This document shows positions 27,661-37,000 of a stretch of DNA of 64,000 bases, in pieces; within the stretch, counting starts at the first letter, position 1, and every line of letters starts with the position of its first letter. Position numbers and translations under genes: made by a program. Under the pieces are notes generated by a model. It saw only the letters and a program-made list of their open reading frames with translations. It was not told where the DNA came from and searched no databases. The stretch is taken from NCBI GenBank assembly GCA_001773215.1, contig MEWB01000001.1, positions 395,052 to 459,051 on the forward strand. The letters are read 5' to 3'. Origin of the DNA: a candidate division WWE3 bacterium RIFOXYC1_FULL_40_10. Lineage in GTDB: Bacteria > Patescibacteriota > WWE3 > UBA101185 > UBA10185.

Positions 27661-29559
27661 TTATATTTTAAGAAACCAAGGCCAAACCCTCACGTTGAAC
27701 CAGTCTAAAACAGGCGAGGATGCAACCATGCCGGTTGTCAGAGAATAATGCATATACCACGAAAACGTAACAAGAGCTAAAAACAATATAAGTTGAACAA
27801 CACTTGTTATTTTTGCAAAGTCATTTTTAAGCAGCCTATCAACATAAAATGCCAGTGGCATAAATAGTAAAACCACACTATCAAGCAGGTACCTATAGTC
27901 ATGTGAACCGCCCCCGAAGGAGCTTGTAGTAAACGTTAAAAAAGCGCTGGATGCTACAAATATAAAGACAATAAGAGATGCAATATTATAATATTGCCGT
28001 CTCATAAAATAGAAGCCGACTAGGGAAAATAGTAGGTAGGGCGCCATATATAATACCCCATATACCTCCTGGCTAGATAAGTAAGTTGTGCCGCCGGCCA
28101 CAGAATCGGGAAATACTGTTCCTCCAAAGAAAAGCACTATCGTGTTAAATAGGTGATTCTTAGTAAAGATAGAACTCTCGGATAAAAACATTGGATAGTC
28201 TTTGTAGTACTTAAAAGCTGTCGCGAAAGGGGATCCAAAAGCACTGTAATTAAACACTAATATAAATAGCAAAAAGGGTAACATACCAAAACCAACAGGC
28301 ATAATGTATCTAAATCGTTTTTTAAAGTGACTGACCAACTCTCGTGGTGACAACAAAGATAAAAGAACTAAGAAAACATAGAATAGATTTCGATACTCTG
28401 TAACTAATATCGCACCCAAAACAATTCCCAGTAACAACCTGATTTTTAAGGAATCTAACCGTTTTAGCTTTACCGCTAAAAACAGATAGGTTGCAACAAG
28501 CATAAGCATAATCGAGAAAGCATGGACGAATACCACGGTGCTGTACCTCCAAATTAGCGTGCCAAACGCCATGATAAGCGCTGTTAAGAAACCCGCTCCG
28601 CGAGATACTCCCAGTAGTCTTGTTAGTATCATATTCAGAAGCGACACCGATAAACCCGCTGATATTAGAGAAAGAAGGGATGAGAATCTGATAGGCACTT
28701 CTCTCCCTAGGTACCTGTAAATTCCTTCGTTAGCAGGAACATCCGTGCTGCTAAATATTTTTAAATAAGGAGTTTTATCTGCTTTAGCCCAAACATCCGT
28801 TAAACTATTCCTTGAAATCGCATTTTCGGTATCCCCCGCTCCAAGTAAGTAATAGTATCCTGTGGGTGAAACAACCTTGTTAGTTGGACCAACTAAAACC
28901 CAATACTTTTTATTAATATCAAGGTTACCTTTATATTCAAAGGTAATCTCAGATGCAAACTGCTTTAGCTGTTGAGAATATATAATTCTGCTCTGCCCAA
29001 CTGTTCCATCTCCCGGAATCCCCTTAACATCTTCCGCCACTGAGACATACAAATTATTCACGGGTTCTCCCATTTTCCCGATTCGCATTGTTATTTTTTC
29101 AATAGTGCTTGATTTGGGTTGAAACCTCCACGCATAAGTGTGCAAACTTTCTGGAGATTGCATGTCGATCCTGGTGTTAAAACCTGCCTGTAACGCCATA
29201 ATCCTATTGTTAGGAATCGCGACTAGTTTAGTATAAATTTCTCCTAAAGCATAAAAAGGGATTGCAGCTATAGACACTCCCATGGATTTATTTGAGTACT
29301 GTTTATCGCCAACTTTTGCAACATCACCCTCGGTACAAATTCGGTTTTGAGATATGTCAAAGGTTTGGTTCAAATAAAGAGATCGTGTTTCGCTCAAAAT
29401 AGCACCATCATTTGTCGATGCTAAATTCTCACAATCAAGGTGCCCCGTGGGCCAGCGAAATTTCCAATAAACAAAAGTAGAGAACAAAAACAATAGCAAT
29501 TCGACTTTGTTGGTGGAAACAAATGTTAAAAGGCCAAGGGCCAGCTTTTTAAAGCTCAT
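27661..29559 (-). CDS. large membrane protein: N-terminal extracytoplasmic domain + C-terminal polytopic domain
   Basis: 632 aa. N-terminal TM, about 270 aa soluble, then at least 9 hydrophobic helices. 4-bp overlap with the upstream oxidoreductase gene. Confidence 0.55.
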   Translation of the reverse strand: MSFKKLALGLLTFVSTNKVELLLFLFSTFVYWKFRWPTGHLDCENLASTNDGAILSETRSLYLNQTFDISQNRICTEGDVAKVGDKQYSNKSMGVSIAAIPFYALGEIYTKLVAIPNNRIMALQAGFNTRIDMQSPESLHTYAWRFQPKSSTIEKITMRIGKMGEPVNNLYVSVAEDVKGIPGDGTVGQSRIIYSQQLKQFASEITFEYKGNLDINKKYWVLVGPTNKVVSPTGYYYLLGAGDTENAISRNSLTDVWAKADKTPYLKIFSSTDVPANEGIYRYLGREVPIRFSSLLSLISAGLSVSLLNMILTRLLGVSRGAGFLTALIMAFGTLIWRYSTVVFVHAFSIMLMLVATYLFLAVKLKRLDSLKIRLLLGIVLGAILVTEYRNLFYVFLVLLSLLSPRELVSHFKKRFRYIMPVGFGMLPFLLFILVFNYSAFGSPFATAFKYYKDYPMFLSESSIFTKNHLFNTIVLFFGGTVFPDSVAGGTTYLSSQEVYGVLYMAPYLLFSLVGFYFMRRQYYNIASLIVFIFVASSAFLTFTTSSFGGGSHDYRYLLDSVVLLFMPLAFYVDRLLKNDFAKITSVVQLILFLALVTFSWYMHYSLTTGMVASSPVLDWFNVRVWPWFLKI

Positions 29560-30980
29560 ATATTGTTATTTTGTTTGGCAAGCCCGGTTTCATCCTCCTG
29601 ATATTCATCGTCAGTATTAACTTCCCACAAGTTATGATTTTTGTTATCAGCAATATTTTCGGCTGCCAAAATTCCCATGTATATACTGTGATCCTGGTTA
29701 TTGTATTTAAAAGCCCCGCCCCTACCGATTACAGTTAAGTTTTCTAAGCTATTTAAATAACTCTCTATTGGGGACAGATAATCTTTGTATCCGGGCTCAT
29801 ATATTGGGTAGCATTTGGGAATGCGCAACACATGCCCTTGCGTTATCTCACAATTGCCCGTCAACCCCAACGCTTCAATTTCTTCGATCGCCTTGTTTAT
29901 AATATACGATGTATCGTCCGACTTCCACAATACATCATTATCATGGAACCAATACTCCAGTGCCAATACCGAGTACTTATTTTGATCTCCATATAACTCA
30001 GGTATCCAGTTTCTAAAATTCGTTATTCTGCCAACCAAAACATCAGGCGCATGGATATATAACCATTGATCTGGAAATAATTCGTGATGCGGAACGTTTA
30101 AATATACTATCAGTGTGTTTCTAAATTTCAATTTTTTAACGTTTTCCTCAACCTGGCTTGGAAGGTTTGGCAAATTCTCAACTAAAGTAGTGAGAGGCAT
30201 TGTAGATATAACGTGATCATACTTAACTTGCTGTCCATCAGGGAGTTCTATACCACAAACAGCGTTGCCTTCTACTAGTACTTTACGGATGGGACGGGAA
30301 GTATAAACGTTGCCACCAAGTTCCTTAATACGATCAGCCATTTTCGAATAAACATAACCCGTTCCCTTTAGTGGGTAAGCAAACTTTTCTACTAGTGTAG
30401 CGTGATCCGTTTTAATAAACACACTTTTCATGGCCTCGGTTAGTGAAAATTTCTTAATTCTTTGCTTTGCAAAATCGGCGTCGAGTTCGTGACACTTGAT
30501 ACCCCAAAGTTTCTCGGAATAGGTTTTAAAAAAGTGGTGATATAGTCGCTTGCCAAACCTTGAAATGACCCAGGTTTCAAATGTTCCTTTATCTGGGGTT
30601 GGAGATAGTTTTTCTTTAAGATAACTTAGTACACACAAAGCAGTTTCGAGTATTCCCAGGTTACTTAGCGCGTTGAAAGGTTTTAGGGGATAGTTATAAA
30701 ATTTATTGCGGTAGTTAATTCTGGTTAATCTATTTACAAACTTGTATTCGTCTTTTACAACTTCTAGCCACAACTCATTCACTCGCCTATTTTTGGAGAA
30801 GAATCTGTGCGGACCAGTATCAACCGTGGTACCCCATAAGTTTAAGCTCTTACACATGCCGCCTACAGTGTCATCCGCTTCATATACATCTACCAAATAG
30901 GCCTTTTTAGCCAGCTCATATCCAGCGGATAAACCTGCCGGACCGGCACCTATTATTGCTATCTTTTTACTATTGGACAT
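29556..30980 (-). CDS. FAD/NAD(P)-binding oxidoreductase (amine-oxidase / UDP-galactopyranose-mutase-like)
   Basis: Rossmann dinucleotide motif KIAIIGAGPAGLSAGYEL..VDVYEADDTVGG. Confidence 0.65.
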   Translation of the reverse strand: MSNSKKIAIIGAGPAGLSAGYELAKKAYLVDVYEADDTVGGMCKSLNLWGTTVDTGPHRFFSKNRRVNELWLEVVKDEYKFVNRLTRINYRNKFYNYPLKPFNALSNLGILETALCVLSYLKEKLSPTPDKGTFETWVISRFGKRLYHHFFKTYSEKLWGIKCHELDADFAKQRIKKFSLTEAMKSVFIKTDHATLVEKFAYPLKGTGYVYSKMADRIKELGGNVYTSRPIRKVLVEGNAVCGIELPDGQQVKYDHVISTMPLTTLVENLPNLPSQVEENVKKLKFRNTLIVYLNVPHHELFPDQWLYIHAPDVLVGRITNFRNWIPELYGDQNKYSVLALEYWFHDNDVLWKSDDTSYIINKAIEEIEALGLTGNCEITQGHVLRIPKCYPIYEPGYKDYLSPIESYLNSLENLTVIGRGGAFKYNNQDHSIYMGILAAENIADNKNHNLWEVNTDDEYQEDETGLAKQNNNI

Positions 30981-31050
30981 GCCTCAGCATGATACACTAT
31001 TAGAAATGGTGGTACTATAGCCTTTGGCGTTGTATAATTTCAAGGTTTGT

Positions 31051-31107
31051 TGAGGGGACGTAGCTCAGTGGTAGACCTGCCTGCCGGCAGGCAGGGCAGC
31101 GGCTAAG
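31051..31107 (+). repeat. truncated 5' copy of tRNA-Lys interrupted by a 20-bp palindrome
   Basis: TGAGGGGACGTAGCTCAGTGGTAGA (25 nt) is identical to 31352-31376. After the palindrome, GCAGCGGC matches the anticodon-stem 5' strand of the intact gene; then the sequences diverge. Confidence 0.7.
31076..31095. repeat. perfect 20-bp palindrome CCTGCCTGCCGGCAGGCAGG
   Basis: Read directly; self-complementary. It is absent from the intact tRNA-Lys copy. Confidence 0.85.
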
Positions 31108-31114
31108 TAGTAGT

Positions 31115-31354
31115 ATGTATTTTGTATACGTATTAAAAAATGCCAAAGGTGTACTATACAAGGGACTGACGAGAGACCCGCTGACACGTTTGGAGCAACA
31201 TAACAAGAGCAGAAATAGGAGTACAAAAGGGAAGGGTGTTTGGGAACTTGTACTCATTGAAAATTATAATACACGCGCTGAAGCCAGGAAGCGCGAGAAG
31301 TATCTTAAGAGCGGATCTGGAAGGGAAATGCTTCGCAGGATATTGCATCTATGA
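31115..31354 (+). CDS. GIY-YIG nuclease-domain mini-protein (UPF0213/YhbQ-like)
   Basis: MYFVYVLKNAKGVLYKGLTRDPLTRLEQHN..WELVLIENYNTRAEARKREKYLK matches the GIY-YIG catalytic core. The stop TGA abuts the tRNA-Lys 5' end. Confidence 0.8.
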   Translation: MYFVYVLKNAKGVLYKGLTRDPLTRLEQHNKSRNRSTKGKGVWELVLIENYNTRAEARKREKYLKSGSGREMLRRILHL

Positions 31355-31429
31355 GGGGACGTAGCTCAGTGGTAGAGCAGCGGCCTTTTAAGCCGTTTGT
31401 CGTGGGTTCGAACCCCACCGTCCTCACCA
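31355..31429 (+). tRNA. tRNA-Lys (anticodon TTT)
   Basis: GGGGACGTAGCTCAGTGGTAGAGCAGCGGCCTTTTAAGCCGTTTGTCGTGGGTTCGAACCCCACCGTCCTCACCA. Anticodon loop CTTTTAA, CCA encoded. Confidence 0.9.
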
Positions 31430-31548
31430 TAATACCCCCTGGCCTTCCAGGATGACTTCTAACATGCGGTTATGACTATAGGTTGACATAAATACCCACA
31501 AATCGTATAATATCCATCAAACTACATTCAAATGAGAGGAGTTATGAG

Positions 31549-31845
31549 ATGTATAAGTTGAGAGTTATAGACTGGCATGACGAGGCGGATCGCGCTGATT
31601 ATTGGGACCCCGCTTTCAATGGAGCACCTGGAAATACGATAGGCTTTCTACACGAAGAGCTCTGTTCTGATCCTCATACAGTGATCCAGCGCATCAGCGA
31701 ATGTACAGCTTACCACCCACCTGCTTTAGAAGAGATTGAGAAACTCGGTGTTGGGGACTTCTATAAAAAAGAGCTATATAACGACCATGAAGACGGATGC
31801 TGGGGTAGTATCCCTGAGGGATACTTAGTATTTAGAGTGCCATAG
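31549..31845 (+). CDS. hypothetical protein (98 aa)
   Basis: SD AGAGGAGTTATGAGATG. G+C-richer segment. Confidence 0.45.
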   Translation: MYKLRVIDWHDEADRADYWDPAFNGAPGNTIGFLHEELCSDPHTVIQRISECTAYHPPALEEIEKLGVGDFYKKELYNDHEDGCWGSIPEGYLVFRVP

Positions 31846-31936
31846 TCAGTGTATCGACAGGAGTGGTCCCATACTCCCATGCTCTGCATAGTGTTTTTAG
31901 TGTACAATCATGCAAAATCGATAATACGGAGGCTAA

Positions 31937-32339
31937 GATGAAGCAATTGCGAATTTTTTTGTCCATGATCGCTCTGATTACCATTGGAGTTGCTTGCTTC
32001 TACCTGGGCAAACATAGCGTTCACACCTATGAGTTTGTCCGAGAGGAAGAAGTAAACAATACTCGTTACATCTTCATAAAGGAACCTGTCAGTGGTAAAG
32101 CTGTAGTCGATCGTGATGGCTATCTGGCAACAGGCTTCATTTCGCTCGATACGGTTCGGCTCAATGAAAAAGGCCAGCTAGTAATGACGGACAAGAGTCT
32201 TTTAGTAGTTACATGCCCAAATGGTGAGGCTGTTGTGTCAGCTACAGGGTACGACCCACAGTCCTCCCTAATAGCTTGTGGTAGCATAAAAGACTTAATT
32301 ACTAATTCGGAAGGTGTCTTGAGAATTTACAAAAAATAA
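31937..32339 (+). CDS. membrane-anchored hypothetical protein
   Basis: Track ORF starts at 31863. The internal ATG at 31937 has an SD (ACGGAGGCTAAGATG) and a signal/TM MKQLRIFLSMIALITIGVACF. Confidence 0.45.
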
Positions 32340-32360
32340 TAGTACTAGGAACATTCCTAA

Positions 32361-32388
32361 GACTCAACCAAAAGTTGGGTCTTTTTTG
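32361..32388 (+). terminator. rho-independent terminator candidate
   Basis: gactcaacc-aaaa-gttgggtc followed by tttttt. Confidence 0.5.
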
Positions 32389-32430
32389 TTTAAATCAGAA
32401 GTATTGAATCGTCTATTGACCACCTCATCA

Positions 32431-32880
32431 CTATTTCAATACTATGTGATACTCACCTGATCCGTCGTGAGTGACTTGCATTTCTTTATTTAAAACACTT
32501 GGATCCCAGTTTTCACCCCAAATGCTTAAGTACGGTTGATTGTTGTAAGAGCCGCTCTTTGAATATATTTTTTTAACTATCCTGCCACTATCAGGCTCTT
32601 CGGGTACCTTGGGACCTAGATCGATATACATAACAGGGAGTTGGCCGTGAATATCAAAGGTCCAAACCCTATCGGTAAACCCAAATATTTCTGCAAGAGC
32701 AACAAGGTCCTCAATTTTTCTAAAGGCATTCTCACCACTTATGTAACCTCCTCCTTCGGCAAACAAAGCGTTTTTATTTAAGTTAGGAAATTTTTGGATC
32801 AAAACAGGATAAGTTGCTTCCCTTACTACTTCCCGACGATGCCTTTCATCAGCCATAGACTCATTATACACACTCACCAT
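32431..32880 (-). CDS. hypothetical protein (149 aa)
   Basis: Protein-like composition. No recognised motif. Confidence 0.5.
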   Translation of the reverse strand: MVSVYNESMADERHRREVVREATYPVLIQKFPNLNKNALFAEGGGYISGENAFRKIEDLVALAEIFGFTDRVWTFDIHGQLPVMYIDLGPKVPEEPDSGRIVKKIYSKSGSYNNQPYLSIWGENWDPSVLNKEMQVTHDGSGEYHIVLK

Positions 32881-32905
32881 CGTAAAATAATGTTAAAATT
32901 TAATA

Positions 32906-33778
32906 ATGAAAAGTCCAGAAACAAGTCCGGAGGAATTCAAAAAGGACATTGCTCGTGTGGCCAGAAGAACTTTCATCTCAAAAGAGCTTGAAAACACTAA
33001 ATCTATTTCCGAAGTATCAGAAGGTGTCAGACAGAGGGAAACCCAAAGTGATGTCCAAGGTATTATTGAAAAACTTACGGAATCTGGCGAAACCTTGGAA
33101 CCCAAGATCGAAAAGTTATGTGAGTCATTATTGGAAAAACTACGAGCTGAATTTCCGTTCATCAAAGGAATAGTGGTAATGGGTAGTGGAGCACACGGAG
33201 GTGGATTGGTTAGATCAATTGTAGGAGACGAGGAGGAAGATTTAGATTGGACAATTGTATCGTCCAAGCGCCTAATGAGTCAGTCTTCAATAGACCAGGA
33301 GGTTCTAAAAGAGATCAGAATACGAGGGGATGAAATTATGAGAGAGATTGCTCCCCAGGTCGGTTTTACTTCAGAAATACAGTCCTGCCCTATGTATAAC
33401 CCGAGAAGTGGGGTTATCTATGAATTAGATAAAAATGAAGCCGAGCTCCTCGTTATGAAGGATGCTTATTCGATAAGACCATATCTTAACCCCACAATAC
33501 CTAAGACTGTGGGAGAAAATAACAGGATCCTGATTCAGCGGGCTCTGTTAGGCCTGGAGACTAACGATAACTGGAGGTTTGGATACTTGGGGAGAGATCT
33601 TAAGGATATGTGGAAAAAGATGCATACTCTAAAATATAAACACTTTGAGCATTACAACAAAGACTCCAGATCAGTAACGATGCTGAAAAGGATAGAGGAT
33701 AATTCTGCCAAGTCTATGACTGATAAGCCAGTCAGGGGATTGATTGATACACAAGAAAGAACCCGGCCTGGCGAATAA
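32906..33778 (+). CDS. nucleotidyltransferase-fold (Pol-beta superfamily) protein
   Basis: hG[GS]x9-13[DE]h[DE]h-like segment VVMGSGAHGGGLVRSIVGDEEEDLDWTIV. The family cannot be assigned without a search. Confidence 0.5.
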   Translation: MKSPETSPEEFKKDIARVARRTFISKELENTKSISEVSEGVRQRETQSDVQGIIEKLTESGETLEPKIEKLCESLLEKLRAEFPFIKGIVVMGSGAHGGGLVRSIVGDEEEDLDWTIVSSKRLMSQSSIDQEVLKEIRIRGDEIMREIAPQVGFTSEIQSCPMYNPRSGVIYELDKNEAELLVMKDAYSIRPYLNPTIPKTVGENNRILIQRALLGLETNDNWRFGYLGRDLKDMWKKMHTLKYKHFEHYNKDSRSVTMLKRIEDNSAKSMTDKPVRGLIDTQERTRPGE

Positions 33779-33801
33779 TCGCAAAGTCGGGTTCTACTAG
33801 A

Positions 33802-34701
33802 TTACAACAAAATCGGATTAGCCGAACTCAGCAGGTAAAATCTGTATGGCCTTCGTCCTTCGGGTGTTGGCAATTTCCATACAAATGCCTTTATAAGCTG
33901 GCCAATATTAATTTCTATTCCAGAGGAGCGCATGTCAGGCTTGACAGGTTGAGTGTCCCCATCAAAATAGCACACTGGCACCTTTGGATCATAATGCGCA
34001 GGCACTACCTGCAATAAAACCTGTTTTTTTGACCCTATTGCGCTGAACGCATTCCAATCAAGTCCCTCATCCCGAAGCCAGCTTTCCAAACGCGACACCG
34101 AATCCGGGTTTAAGGTAACGTACAAGGTGCCTCTCCGAACCTCAAACTCAAGTCCGAGGCTATTCGCCAACCTGGCTTTTGCTATGTTTGGAATACCATG
34201 TCCTGGAAGAAACTCCCCGGTGGCTGTCTCGGCGAATTTAAATCCTCCGCTCTTATATCGATAGTATTTGTTATCCCAAGCGGGGCTCACAATACCATTT
34301 GTCGGCAAAAGCCTAACCGGTTCATATTTCCTTCCGGTTAAAACTTTAATTCGGCAACCAGCCAAAGATAGCTGGGTAATTGACTCTCGAAGGTTTCCTC
34401 GATAGAACAGATTGTGGAACCAGATCCGAAGCTCGTTCCCTCCATTTGTAGCCTGACCAACCTGCCAGCTGAATCCAGGGTCAACAATTGTATAACCGGA
34501 ATCGGTTTTACTAACTGCCTGCCGGATTGGAACCTCATTTCCAATCCAATTAGGGATCAGCAGATCCGGTGAGCGGAAAGTGCTCTCTCCTGGTACAAAA
34601 AACCTTATCGCCTTTCGTGTCTTATCTACCATCCAGGTAGCGCAAACCGGAACAAAGTTGCCGTCAAATCGTGGTTTTACCCAAATGATTATCGATCTCA
34701 T
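33802..34701 (-). CDS. hypothetical protein (299 aa), G+C-richer
   Basis: No recognised motif. Confidence 0.5.
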   Translation of the reverse strand: MRSIIIWVKPRFDGNFVPVCATWMVDKTRKAIRFFVPGESTFRSPDLLIPNWIGNEVPIRQAVSKTDSGYTIVDPGFSWQVGQATNGGNELRIWFHNLFYRGNLRESITQLSLAGCRIKVLTGRKYEPVRLLPTNGIVSPAWDNKYYRYKSGGFKFAETATGEFLPGHGIPNIAKARLANSLGLEFEVRRGTLYVTLNPDSVSRLESWLRDEGLDWNAFSAIGSKKQVLLQVVPAHYDPKVPVCYFDGDTQPVKPDMRSSGIEINIGQLIKAFVWKLPTPEGRRPYRFYLLSSANPILL

Positions 34702-34836
34702 TTAAAGCCTCCTTTTGGCTTTTGTAATAGGTTTGACTAGATTAAATAACTGTAAATATTATACTATGGGCTTGGACTAAAATCAAGCCATAAAAAGACT
34801 AATGACAAGCCTAAAAAATTCATATACCATTACATT

Positions 34837-35901
34837 GTGAAGGAGTCCGTAAAAACAATTGCCACCAAAACAAAGGAGCTATTCACCGACAAAGCCCTTT
34901 GCAAAGAACTAAAACTTATCGCTGTAGCTTATTCCCACATAGAACGCGAAATGTTTGCGACGGAGGATGCATACAATGCTGAACTTGAAGTTGAAGAACG
35001 TGCCAAGCAAGTAGTTGAAACACTAAAAAAGCTGGGTTTCAACGTAAAAAGTTATGCCAGTGACCCTTACTTTCTAACCAACATCATCGTGGATAAGCCT
35101 GATTTACTTATTAATCTTGTAGACACCGTAAAAGGCCGAGATGAACTGCAGGAATCCATCCCTGCAATTTTAGAGTTTGCGGGCATCGAGTACACAGGAA
35201 GCGGTATCTCAGGACTAGTTGTCGGAAATAATCGAAATTATTTTAAACAGCTACTAATTACATCAGAAATTCCCTCACCTCAATTTAAATATATTAAAGA
35301 TTTAAGATCTAATACTGAACCCGACTTTGATCCACCTTATATAGTTAAACTAAATGAAAGCGGCGGAAGTGTAGGTATCGACAATAAAGCAGTAAAAGCT
35401 ACGAAAAAAGAAGTGTTAGAAAAAGTTAAAGACATGATTACCGCCTACAAGATGCCCGTTCTCATTGAACAGTTTATAGGCGGACCTGAAATCACAGCAG
35501 TCGTATTCGATGATGGGAATTCAAAAACTGTATATTTAGCTGAGAAAAAGTTTGGGATAAAACCGGACGGCGTGCACAATTTTACCAGCCAGGATAGCTA
35601 CGAATACGACAAAGCCTACACATATAAGTTTGTAGACGAAAAACTGGAGGAAAGGATAATTCCTCTAGTAATTAAGGCTTTCAACGTATTAAAATATAAA
35701 GATTACGCCAAATTTGACATTAGATTAGGGGAAAATGACATTCCATTTTTTATCGACTGCAACCCCAATACAGCATTCGGCCCCGATAAGGGTTTGCCTA
35801 TGACAGAGGTTTTAAAGATGTATGGAGTTAGCTTCGAAAATGTACTTTTAAGTTTAGTTAGCAAGCATGCCAGAATTATCAAAAACAAAAAGGTTGGATA
35901 A
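34837..35901 (+). CDS. ATP-grasp ligase (D-alanine--D-alanine-ligase-like fold)
   Basis: GTG start. PYIVKLNESGGSVGI (central-domain Gly loop), EQFIGGPEITAVVF, KFDIRL..FFIDCNPNTAFG (the Ddl E-x-N position reads D-x-N). Confidence 0.65.
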   Translation: MKESVKTIATKTKELFTDKALCKELKLIAVAYSHIEREMFATEDAYNAELEVEERAKQVVETLKKLGFNVKSYASDPYFLTNIIVDKPDLLINLVDTVKGRDELQESIPAILEFAGIEYTGSGISGLVVGNNRNYFKQLLITSEIPSPQFKYIKDLRSNTEPDFDPPYIVKLNESGGSVGIDNKAVKATKKEVLEKVKDMITAYKMPVLIEQFIGGPEITAVVFDDGNSKTVYLAEKKFGIKPDGVHNFTSQDSYEYDKAYTYKFVDEKLEERIIPLVIKAFNVLKYKDYAKFDIRLGENDIPFFIDCNPNTAFGPDKGLPMTEVLKMYGVSFENVLLSLVSKHARIIKNKKVG

Positions 35902-36505
35902 AATTCGTACTATCCAGCAAATATCCGAAAATCACTGCGGGCCGGCCGTCGTACAGATGTTGCTGGAAAACATTGGGATTGAAACAACCCAGGAACTGAT
36001 CACAAAAGCGGGAGGTTCAAATGAGTCTATGCTTGACCGATATGGAATGCGTGTGGACCAATTTGCAAAAGCTGTGTTTGTTATAGCACCCACTGCTTCC
36101 TTGTGGACTAAGGAGAAGGCTACTGTAAATGATATAAAAAAGTTACTTGAGGTTTACGATCATCCGGTGGGTATAGAGTGGCAGGGGCTGTTTGAAGACT
36201 CCTTAGAAGAGGAGGACCCTGATGAAGACTATGGGCACTATAGCATAGTCTCACATGTGGATGAAGAAACGGGTAATTTAATAATTGTAGACCCATACAA
36301 AGACTTTGTAGATAGAAACAGAATAGTCTCCAACAAAATCTTTGTGAAAAGGTGGTGGGACAATAATGCGTACATGGACGAGGTAACCTGCAAATTGAAG
36401 CATAAAAAGGACGTGAGGCTTCTATTCATTATTGCAGACAACTCGGAAACGTTTCCTGAAGAACTTGGACTTACGAAGGTAAGACAAGCCTCGTGTAACA
36501 CGTAG
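35867..36505 (+). CDS. papain-like cysteine peptidase, C39-like domain
   Basis: Q(x5)NHCGPAVVQMLL catalytic-Cys context and downstream GHYSIVSHVDEETGNLIIVDP His/Asp context. Overlaps the ATP-grasp gene by 35 nt. Confidence 0.5.
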   Translation: MPELSKTKRLDKIRTIQQISENHCGPAVVQMLLENIGIETTQELITKAGGSNESMLDRYGMRVDQFAKAVFVIAPTASLWTKEKATVNDIKKLLEVYDHPVGIEWQGLFEDSLEEEDPDEDYGHYSIVSHVDEETGNLIIVDPYKDFVDRNRIVSNKIFVKRWWDNNAYMDEVTCKLKHKKDVRLLFIIADNSETFPEELGLTKVRQASCNT

Positions 36506-36518
36506 AGGAAAATACCAG

Positions 36519-36959
36519 CTATTTAGTCGATTCTTTTATTTTCATGGCGCTTCGGCCTTTTTTACCACGCAAGTAAAAAAGCTTAGCTCTACGAACTTTA
36601 CCATGCTTTAATATATCCAAACTAACAATGCTAGGTGAATTTAGCGGAAAGATTCTTTCTACTCCGACACCATCAACGCCTATTCTTCTCACTACAAAAG
36701 TTTTGGAATCTCCAGCACCCCTTTTGGATATTACAATGCCTTCGTAAGGCTGTAATCTGGTTTTATCTCCTTCAATTATCTTGTACTGAAGTTTTATAGT
36801 ATCTCCCGGTTTAAAATCCGGCATCTCAAAGCGCGAGATTTTTTGTTCTTCCTTTATTTCCGGCAACTCTGAAATAGGATCTACCGCATCGGCTACAGCC
36901 GGTTCTTCGGTTATTTCTGGGGAATCAGTATTTTGTTGTTGTAATGTATCTTCTGCCAT
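36519..36959 (-). CDS. rplS: 50S ribosomal protein L19
   Basis: [58 protein letters not shown]. Acidic N-terminal extension. Confidence 0.85.
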   Translation of the reverse strand: MAEDTLQQQNTDSPEITEEPAVADAVDPISELPEIKEEQKISRFEMPDFKPGDTIKLQYKIIEGDKTRLQPYEGIVISKRGAGDSKTFVVRRIGVDGVGVERIFPLNSPSIVSLDILKHGKVRRAKLFYLRGKKGRSAMKIKESTK

Positions 36960-37000
36960 AATGCGAGGTATAAAGTATCAGATAATGACGCTAAAATCAA

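Noticed and set aside
31015-31348. Minus-strand ORFs 31015-31257 and 31154-31348
   Set aside because: They are antisense to the well-supported GIY-YIG ORF and overlap the tRNA-Lys fragment and palindrome. Treated as shadow frames.
34837-35901. Calling the ATP-grasp gene the housekeeping D-Ala-D-Ala ligase (ddl)
   Set aside because: The fold is Ddl-like, but the conserved E-x-N reads D-x-N. The gene also sits in an atypical G+C-rich accessory patch and overlaps a C39-like peptidase. It is left as a generic ATP-grasp ligase.
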